Assembly (NCBI GenBank): GCA_965224085.1
Contig: CBDCYI010000009.1
Location: forward strand, 268,057-332,056
From: Candidatus Marinacidobacterales bacterium
Lineage (GTDB): Bacteria > Acidobacteriota > Vicinamibacteria > Marinacidobacterales > SMYC01
Direction of reading: 5' to 3'
Length of the DNA: 64,000 nucleotides
Positions 28,209 to 36,000 of this stretch are shown here, piece by piece. Position numbers and translations under genes: made by a program. The notes under the pieces are model-generated. The model made no database searches. It saw only the letters and a list, made by a program, of their open reading frames with translations, and was not told the origin of the DNA. Every line of letters starts with the position of its first letter. Within the stretch, counting starts at the first letter, position 1.

Positions 28209-28371
28209 TAGTCCCCTGGAACAGAGGTTCGTGGCCTAAAGCTCGAGGTCATTTTGTGGGCTGGAAAGGCGTGACGACGAAGTCATATTGGGATATTTCG
28301 AGGAGAAACAACGCAGCCAGCGCGCAAAAGGGCCCGAGATTTAGGTTACGAATCTCTGTTCCAGGGGACTA
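28209..28371. repeat. 163-bp element bounded by 18-bp perfect inverted repeats (TAGTCCCCTGGAACAGAG / CTCTGTTCCAGGGGACTA), MITE/REP-like or long bidirectional terminator hairpin
   Basis: 28209-28226 is the exact reverse complement of 28354-28371; the inner flanks are also imperfectly complementary (GTTCGTGGCCTAAA vs TTTAGGTTACGAAT). Sits between convergent genes; the right arm overlaps the leuB stop codon. Confidence 0.6.
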
Positions 28372-29439
28372 GGCGTTGTGCACGTAGTTCGCGATGTGGT
28401 CGCCTACCTCTTCGGTCGAGCGACCTTTGCCTTGAAGCGCTAAATCGGACGTCATGTAGCCTTTCCCGAGGGCGGACGCGATGCCGCGCTCGACGGTGCG
28501 TGCCTCTTCCTCTAGCTCGAAGGTATAGCGGAGCATCATGGCTAGCGACGCAATAGCGCCTATCGGATTCGCGAGGCCTTTTCCCACGATATCCGGCGCT
28601 GAACCGTGGACGGGCTCGAACAGGCCAACCGCTCCTCCGAGGCTCGCGGACGGAAGCATGCCGAGCGAGCCGGCGAGCATAGAGGCCTCATCGCTCAAGA
28701 TGTCTCCGAAAAGATTCGCCGTGAGCAGCACGTCGATGTTGGCCGGTTTGGCGACGAGCTCCATCGCGGCGCGATCGACGAGCATGTGCTCGAGCGTGAC
28801 GCCGGGGTAGTCCTTCGCGACCTCGGTAACGACTTCGCGCCACAGCTTCGACGTCTCGAGCACGTTCGCTTTATCCACCGAGGTCACATGCCGGCGTCTT
28901 CGCTTCGCAGCTTCGAACGCGATGCGCGCGACGCGGACGATCTCCTTCGTATGGTATGTCAGCGTGTTGACCGCCTGCCGATCCTGCCCCAAGCCCGAGA
29001 TGCCACGAGGCTCGCCAAAGTACAGCCCTCCGGTGAGCTCACGCACGATCAGAAGGTCCACGCCCTCGAGCGTTTCTGGCTTAAAGGGTGACGTCGGCGA
29101 GACGAATTGCGAGATGACGGGACGCAGATTCGCAAAGCTCTCGATCAATCGGCGCAGCTCGAGTAGTGCGAGCTCCGGTCGCTCGTTCGGAGGTAAGTGG
29201 TCGTGCCTCGGGTCGCCGACCGCACCGAGAAAAATCGCGGGGGCGCTCGTGCACGCCTCGCGCGTCTCGTCCGGAAATCCTTTGCCGGCAGCGTCGTAGC
29301 CGGCCGAGCCGAACGGATAAGGCGTCGTGTCGCTCTCGTGGCCAAACTTGGACGCCACCGCGTCCAAGGTCTTCATCGCCTCCGCGACCACTTCGGGGCC
29401 AATGCCGTCGCCAGGCAGAACCGTGATCATCAGTTTCAT
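28369..29439 (-). CDS. leuB: 3-isopropylmalate dehydrogenase (isocitrate/isopropylmalate dehydrogenase family)
   Basis: N-terminal ITVLPGDGIGPEVV and the family's NAD-binding/Mg motifs; 356 aa. Not flanked by leuC/leuD in this window. Confidence 0.7.
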   Translation of the reverse strand: MKLMITVLPGDGIGPEVVAEAMKTLDAVASKFGHESDTTPYPFGSAGYDAAGKGFPDETREACTSAPAIFLGAVGDPRHDHLPPNERPELALLELRRLIESFANLRPVISQFVSPTSPFKPETLEGVDLLIVRELTGGLYFGEPRGISGLGQDRQAVNTLTYHTKEIVRVARIAFEAAKRRRRHVTSVDKANVLETSKLWREVVTEVAKDYPGVTLEHMLVDRAAMELVAKPANIDVLLTANLFGDILSDEASMLAGSLGMLPSASLGGAVGLFEPVHGSAPDIVGKGLANPIGAIASLAMMLRYTFELEEEARTVERGIASALGKGYMTSDLALQGKGRSTEEVGDHIANYVHNA

Positions 29440-29518
29440 GTGTGATCTTTAACACGAAACGTTCGCGCGATTGACGGTAGATGGGAAAAGCTTCGAAAAA
29501 CTTCCGCTAAATGAAGGC

Positions 29519-29542
29519 GGGGGGCGCCCGAAGGCGCCCCCC
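29519..29542. promoter_or_regulatory. Perfect GC hairpin (10-bp stem GGGGGGCGCC / GGCGCCCCCC, loop CGAA) in the leuB leader/divergent intergenic region
   Basis: Exact 10-bp inverted repeat seen in sequence, about 80 nt upstream of the leuB start (minus strand). On the minus strand it is followed by GCCUUCAUUUAGCGGAAGUUUUUCGAAGCUUUUCCC (U-rich patches), compatible with an attenuator or terminator of an unannotated transcript. Confidence 0.35.
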
Positions 29543-30160
29543 TATGATTCCAAAAGAACTGTTGCCAAGGATTATTTATGTGGAGTTGTTTAGGACGAGG
29601 TAAATGAAAAAGCAGGATAAAGTTGCGGGTTCGGTCGATGGATGGATAAGACCCGAGCTATGAGACACAGGCCTTTTGCGGACCCCTAGCGAACTGCTCG
29701 TCATGGAATCAACAAAGCGAGATCACTTTTTACTGTCCGATTAATACTAATGTCGTGTTTAGGTACAGCAATACTATAGGCGGCTTCCCTTTGGTGTCAA
29801 GACGAAAAAGAAGAGGCGGGACCAAACCACGCCCAATTGACTATCGATGAACGGTTTATCCGACAGGCGTCATTTCATACCGTAGATTTATGTAGGCGCT
29901 AGATCTTCCTTCCAATAATCAGAACCCGACTCAAACGGATGGCGCTTGATCTTCATTCGGCTTTTCGCGTAGTATTAGTGGCAGAGTTCGGGCTAATGCT
30001 AGTCCGGGCACCACAACCGGCACATCCACAACTGAAATCACGATTCTCATATCGCGATAGCTATCTATCGAGGGGATGAGGCGACTTTGTCGCTTCGTCG
30101 CGCTGCCGCCACCCAACATCGCAAGCGGCAGTGGTTCGAAATGTCGAAAGGAGCGGAATC

Positions 30161-30976
30161 GTGCAGGAGTTTCTAGTAGCGGTCGTGGCCTTTCCCACGA
30201 TCGTGTTCACGTTCGGTCTCGCGGTCGCCCTCCTCTACTGGCTCGTCGTGATCTTCGGCGCGCTCGACCTGGACTTTCTCGACAGCGCGCTCGGTCTCGA
30301 CAGCATGGATGCCGCTCTCGACGGAGCGCTCGAATCGATCGACGGGATGGCAGACGGGGCCGTCGAAGGTGTGGTGGAATCGATCGATGGTGCGGTCGAC
30401 GGCGCGGCGGAAGGCGCAGCGGACGCCGCTGATTCGGGAGATACGAGCGACGGGGCCCGGCAGGGCGCCCTTTCCGGGCTCTTGAACATGATGGGTGTTC
30501 GCGGCGTTCCCATCACGGTCGTTGCGAGCTTCGTGCTGCTCTGGGCATGGATTATCAGCATGGTCGGCTCCAAATTGCTGGGCGCGGCGGCGGCGACGTT
30601 CCTCGTCGGCGGCTTTCTCACAGGATCATCGGTCCTCGGTTCGTTGGTCCTTGCGGCGGTCACCGCTCGGCCTTTCCGGAAAATCTTCGTGACACCCTCT
30701 GCGCCCAGTCGCGTTTCGCTCGTCGGAAAAATCTGTATCGTGACTTCCGCGAAAGTCGACGGTGAGTTCGGCCGCGCCGAGATCGATGACGGCGCGACCG
30801 GTTTCGTCGCCGAAGTGCGATGCCCGCAGGACAACCAATTGACACGAGGCGCCAACGCGCTCGTGTATCGCTACGACCCGGCCGACGGCGTCTTTTTCAT
30901 TGGACCCGTCGACGATGCCTTGGCTACAGCATCGAATGTGGTCGATTCACAGTCTGGCTCGATAGGGGGAGGATAA
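30161..30976 (+). CDS. NfeD-family membrane protein (partner of SPFH/flotillin proteins)
   Basis: GTG start with RBS AAAGGAG 8 nt upstream. Two N-terminal TM helices, Asp/Ala/Gly-rich acidic segment (LDSMDAALDGALESIDGMADGAVEGVVESIDGAVDGAAEGAADAADSGD), two more TM helices, and a C-terminal NfeD OB-fold-like domain (GKICIVTSAKVDGEFGRAEIDDGATGFVAEVRCP...ALVYRYD). Stop TAA is immediately followed by the flotillin ATG. Confidence 0.65.
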   Translation: MQEFLVAVVAFPTIVFTFGLAVALLYWLVVIFGALDLDFLDSALGLDSMDAALDGALESIDGMADGAVEGVVESIDGAVDGAAEGAADAADSGDTSDGARQGALSGLLNMMGVRGVPITVVASFVLLWAWIISMVGSKLLGAAAATFLVGGFLTGSSVLGSLVLAAVTARPFRKIFVTPSAPSRVSLVGKICIVTSAKVDGEFGRAEIDDGATGFVAEVRCPQDNQLTRGANALVYRYDPADGVFFIGPVDDALATASNVVDSQSGSIGGG

Positions 30977-33025
30977 ATGTATTGGGTAATGGTCATTATC
31001 GCCGTCGGCGTGGGCGTGCTCATTCTGGGCATGGGCCTTTTGATGCTCATCGCCAAGTTCTATCGCAAGGTAGAACAAGGCAAAGCGCTCGTCGTCAACA
31101 AGATGAAGCAAGAGCCTGAAGTCACGTTTACCGGCGCCACGGTGCTCCCCGTAATCCACAAGGCCGAGGTCATGGATATCTCGGTGAAGACACTCGAGAT
31201 CGACCGGCGCGCGAAAGACGGACTGATCTGCCGTGACAACATTCGGGCCGACATCAAAGTCAACTTCTTCGTCCGCGTAAATAAACGCAAGGAAGATGTC
31301 ATCAGAGTCGCGCAGTCCATCGGCTGCGCCCGCGCCTCATCTCCCGAAACGCTCGACGAGCTCTTCAGCGCCAAGTTCTCCGAAGCGCTGAAGACGGTCG
31401 GCAAGCAGCTCGACTTCGTCGACCTCTACACGAAGCGCGACGAATTTCGCGACGCCATCATCCAGATCATCGGGCGCGACTTGAACGGCTACGCGCTCGA
31501 GGACGCGGCCATCGACTATCTCGAGCAGACCCCCCTCTCACATCTCGACCCGCAGAACATCCTCGACGCCCAAGGCATTCGCCGTATTACCGAGCTCACC
31601 GCGATCGAGCACATCCAAACGAACGAGTTCGAGAACAACGAGAAAAAAGCCATCACGAAACAGGACGTCGAGCGCGCAAAAGTCATCCTCGAGCTCGATC
31701 GCGAGCATGCGGACGCTGAGTCGAAGCAAAAGCGCGAGATCGAATCGGTACGCGCGCGCGAATTGGCCGCGCTCCAGCAAGTCCAGGCGGAAGAGCGGCT
31801 CAAGTCCGAAACGGCGCGCATCAAGACGGACGAAGAAGTCCAGGTCGCCGAGGAGAACAAGAATCGCCAGGTCCAGGTTGCTGCCAAGAACCGCGAGCGC
31901 ATTATTGGCGTCGAGACCGAGCGGGTCTTGAAAGACCGCCAGCTCGAACAGGTGGTCCGCGAACGTGAAGTCGAGCTCCAGCGCATCGACAAAGAGAAAG
32001 CGCTCGAAGTCGAGCGAAAAGAGATCCAGGACGTTATCCGCGAACGCGTCGCTGTCGAGCGCACCGTTGTCGAGGAACAGGAGCGCATCAAAGAGCTCCA
32101 GGTCGTCGAGGAGGCCAAGCGCACCAAGCAGGCCACCATCATTACGGCCGAGGCCGAAGCGGAAGAAGCCCTCGTCAAGGACATCAAAGCCGCCGAGGCC
32201 CAGGAGCAGGCTGCGAAGCACAAAGCCGTCGAGCGCATCACCCTCGCCGACGCCCAGCTCGAGGCCGCCGACCGCGACGCAAAAGCCAAGATCCGTCTCG
32301 CGGAAGGTACCCAGGCGGAAGCCGCAGCCGAAGGGCTCGCGGCCGCGAGGGTCAAAGAGGCCGACGCCGTCGCCTCCGAGAAGCACGGCCTCGCTGAAGT
32401 CCGGGTCCAGGAAGCGCAAGCGGGCGCTATCGAGCAAGTCGGCACCGCGGAAGCGACCGTGGTTCGCGAGAAAGGCGTCGCCGAGGCGCACACCATCCAG
32501 CAGAAGTTCGGCGCTGAGGCGAAAGGCCTCGCGGAAAAAGCCGAGGCGATGAAAGCGCTCGACAAAGACAGCCGCCAGCACGAGGAGTACCGCATCCGCC
32601 TCGAGAACGAGCGCCTGCTCGGTCTCGAAGCGATCCAAGCGCGCGAAGCCGTCGCCGCGCACAAAGCCCAGGTCCTCTCCAAAGCGCTCGAGTCGGCGGA
32701 TATCGACATCGTCGGCGGCGACGGTGTCTTTCTCGACCGCATGGTGAATTCCATCAGCATGGGCAAGGGCGTCGACGAGCTCGTCGATCAAAGCGACGTC
32801 ATCTCCGGGCTCGCCAAAGACTATTTCAATGGCGACAAGAACATCATCAAAGAGATCCGTCAGATCATGAAGGATTCCGGCATCGACGGAGGCATGCTCA
32901 AGGACATCACCATCGGGGCGCTTCTGACGAAGATCGCTACCGATATGGGAGGAGACGATCACGAAAAACTGAAGAAGCTTCAACGGCAAGCCAAAGCCTT
33001 GGGCATCGACGACGTTCGGCTATAA
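30977..33025 (+). CDS. Flotillin-family SPFH/band-7 protein (FloT/YuaG/YqiK-like), 682 aa
   Basis: N-terminal TM helix, SPFH domain (KALVVNKMKQEPEVTFTGATVLPVIHKAEVMDISVKTLEIDR...RDNIRADIKVNFFVRV), long E/A/K/R-rich coiled-coil flotillin region and a C-terminal tail. Confidence 0.85.
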   Translation: MYWVMVIIAVGVGVLILGMGLLMLIAKFYRKVEQGKALVVNKMKQEPEVTFTGATVLPVIHKAEVMDISVKTLEIDRRAKDGLICRDNIRADIKVNFFVRVNKRKEDVIRVAQSIGCARASSPETLDELFSAKFSEALKTVGKQLDFVDLYTKRDEFRDAIIQIIGRDLNGYALEDAAIDYLEQTPLSHLDPQNILDAQGIRRITELTAIEHIQTNEFENNEKKAITKQDVERAKVILELDREHADAESKQKREIESVRARELAALQQVQAEERLKSETARIKTDEEVQVAEENKNRQVQVAAKNRERIIGVETERVLKDRQLEQVVREREVELQRIDKEKALEVERKEIQDVIRERVAVERTVVEEQERIKELQVVEEAKRTKQATIITAEAEAEEALVKDIKAAEAQEQAAKHKAVERITLADAQLEAADRDAKAKIRLAEGTQAEAAAEGLAAARVKEADAVASEKHGLAEVRVQEAQAGAIEQVGTAEATVVREKGVAEAHTIQQKFGAEAKGLAEKAEAMKALDKDSRQHEEYRIRLENERLLGLEAIQAREAVAAHKAQVLSKALESADIDIVGGDGVFLDRMVNSISMGKGVDELVDQSDVISGLAKDYFNGDKNIIKEIRQIMKDSGIDGGMLKDITIGALLTKIATDMGGDDHEKLKKLQRQAKALGIDDVRL

Positions 33026-33043
33026 CGGAAGGCTCACGTAATC

Positions 33044-36000
33044 ATGAGCACGGACGTACAACAACAACCCGAGATCGAGCGCGGCACTTACGAGATCATC
33101 CGGGACCGCTTGCTCGGCCACGGCAAGACACTCGCCGAGAAAGCCGATGGACTCAACAGGAAACGCCTCGAGATCTTCGGAGGCACCGAGCTCGCGGTCC
33201 TGGGCAACGAGCGCATCCGGACCGAGAACAACTGCATCCCGCGCGACATCAAGGAGGTGGGTAACCACCTCCTGTTCGGCTATAACGTTTTCATCGGCCT
33301 CAAGCGCGAGACTCGCGTTGAGGACGTTTTCAGCCTTCACAGCTACGAGAAGACGGAGGACGGCTTCGTTTTTCGCAAAGTCGAAAAAAACTCTCCCGAC
33401 TACTTTCTCTCGGACGTGAAATTTCTAGAGGAGTTCCACGAGCTCTATCACTATTACAAGAACACCAAGCTCCTCCAGCTGAGACGGGTCAGCGAGAAGC
33501 TTCTCGCGGTATTCCAAATTGGCGAGAAGATCGAGGACGTGCGCGTGTTCCGCTGGGCCATCTCCACCGACGGCGCGGTTACCTATATCGACAACCGCGG
33601 CGAGCGCGACCACGTTTTCCCTCGGACCCATGACTTCGAATGGACGCTCACAGCGCGTGAAGAGCACGTGCAGGGCCGTCACCCGCACGTCAACATTCTC
33701 GACGAAGTTTTCGTCGAGACCGTCGGCGGCGATCTCACGATCAAGGTCGAGAACAACACCGAAGACGGCCAGGGTATCTATCGCGAGCCGGTGCTCGACG
33801 CCGACCAATCTTTGGACGACGCGGAAGTCCACTACGCAGAAGTGGGCACGCTCATTCTTCTGAAGATGCTCCCCTACCGCGAAACGGATTACCGATATCT
33901 CGTCTTCAACACGCGCACCAATCACGTCGATCGCATCGACGCCATCGGCCAATCCTGCGTACAGCTTCCCGAGGACCACGGCGTCATCTTTCCGGGCGGC
34001 TACTACCTGAAGAGCGGCCACACAAAGTCCTTCGAGCGCGATTTCCGCGGGATGGAGTTCCTGAGACGTCTGCGCTCCCCGAACGGCGAAGACGTCCTTT
34101 ACGCGTTTCACGAGCGTGAATCTGGGCGCACGATCCTACTTCCGTACAACATGATCCGGAAGGAGGTCGACAACCCGCTCAATTGCCACGGCTTCAGCCT
34201 CTATCCCGACGGCACGCTCGTCGTGTTCCGCGCTGGCGACGACGAGCCCAAACGCGTCCATGGGATGCAAGTCTGGCGCACGCCCTTCTTGAGCGAAGAG
34301 GCGGTGCAGTCGCGGCCGCCCACCGGCTCGTTCCTCGAGAAAGTGGGCAATGCCGAGCTCGTGCGCGGCGTCTCCGACTGCTTGAGCATTCGCCGCATGG
34401 TCGACGAGCAGGAGCCGACGCGGCAGAAATACGAGGACCTCGTCGCGGCGGCGGCACGCGTCATCGACAGCTATTACTGGCTCGACAACCCCGAGATTGG
34501 AGACCTGCGCGAGCCGCTCCGGAACGTTCACGAGTCCGCCGAGAGCATCATCGACGAGTTCGAAAAAGTCGAAGCGCTAAGGGCGCAAGCGAGAAGGACT
34601 CTCGACGAGGCCGGCGAGAAGGTCCAGGAGATCTTCCGAACCATTTATCCCGATTCCTGGACCTCGATCGACCAATATGTCGCCTGTCTCGCGAGCTTAC
34701 GCTCGGCGCGCGGGCACCTCATTACGCTCCGCGAAACACGCTATGTCGATCTCGCCCGAATCGACACGGTCGAAGCGGAGATTGTCGAGCGCTTCGATAA
34801 TGTCAGCGAGCGCGCCGTCGAGTTTCTTCTGCAAGACGAAGCACTACTTCCCTATCAAGAACGCGCGGGCGCGCTCGAGGACGGTGTTCCCGGCCTCTCG
34901 AAAGTTACCGAGGCGAACGCCCATCAAGACGCCCTCCAAGAGTTCGGCGACAGTCTCGATCTCTTGACCGATGTGGTCAGCTCGCTCGAGATCGACGACG
35001 CCACGGTCCGCACGCAGATTCTCGGGAACATCTCGGAGATCTTGGGAAGCCTCAACCGCGTCCGTGCGCTCATCACCAACCGGCGCAAAGAGCTTCTCGG
35101 CAAAGAAGGCATCGCTGAGTTCGGCGTGCAATTCCAGCTTTTGAGCCAAAGCGTAACGAGCGCTCTATCTCTCTCCGACACGCCCGAGAAATGTGACGAA
35201 CAGCTCTCGAAGCTCATGCTCCAGCTCGAAGATCTGGAAACCCGTTTCTCCGAGTACGAAGAGTTCACGGACGAGCTCACGACCAAGCGCGAGGAAATCT
35301 ACGAGGCGTTCAGCTCGAAGAAGCAGTCCCTTGTCGACCGGCGCCAGCGCCGCGCGCAAAACTTGATGCAGGCCGCCGAGCGTATTCTAGGAAGTGTGAC
35401 GCGGCGCGCGGAGACGTTCGAGACCGCCGACGACCTGAACGCCTATTTCGCTGCTGACGCGATGGTCGCCAAGCTCCGGAGCACGTCAAACAATTTGCGA
35501 GAGCTCGGCGACTCTGTCCATGCCGACGAGATCGACGGCCGACTCAAAGCCGCCAAAGAAGACGCCGCCCGCGGACTTCGCGACCGCCAGGAGATCTACG
35601 AGGACGGCGCCAACGTCATCAAGCTCGGCAGGCACCGCTTCAGCGTCAACACTCAGCCTCTCGAGCTCACCATGGTGCCTCGCGACGACGCCATGGCCTT
35701 TCATCTCACCGGCACCGGCTTCTACGAGCAGGTCGACGATGAGACCTTCGGAAAAACGCAGGATTTCTGGTCGCAAGAGCTCGTTTCCGAAACGCGTTCA
35801 GTCTATCGGGGCGAATATCTGGCCTATTGCGTGCTCGAAGACGCAGAGCTCGGAGATTCCGAGTTGTCGCTCAAGAAGCTCCTCCAAGCCACCCGCGGCG
35901 AAGGGGCGCTTCTGGGCATCATACGCGACTATGCGGCTCTGAGATATGACGAGGGGTATGAGCGCGGCCTCCACGACGCCGACGCGACGCTGATCTTGCA

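Noticed and set aside
29519-29542. GC hairpin considered as a canonical rho-independent terminator
   Set aside because: No adjacent gene ends here (flanking genes diverge) and the plus-strand 3' flank is not U-rich. Kept only as a possible leuB-leader attenuator or sRNA terminator, not as a standard terminator.
31516-32989. Two long minus-strand ORFs (483 aa and 416 aa) antisense to the flotillin gene
   Set aside because: Low-complexity Ala/Ser/Arg/Leu-rich translations typical of alternative frames in high-GC coiled-coil-coding DNA. The plus-strand flotillin has clear SPFH homology, so these are frame artefacts.
33425-34111. 228-aa minus-strand ORF inside the 1790-aa gene (also 37328-38125 and 39142-40134 antisense ORFs inside the cluster)
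   Set aside because: All lie antisense to long uninterrupted plus-strand ORFs with Walker motifs and PspA/AAA homology; compositionally biased, with no start context. Considered artefacts.
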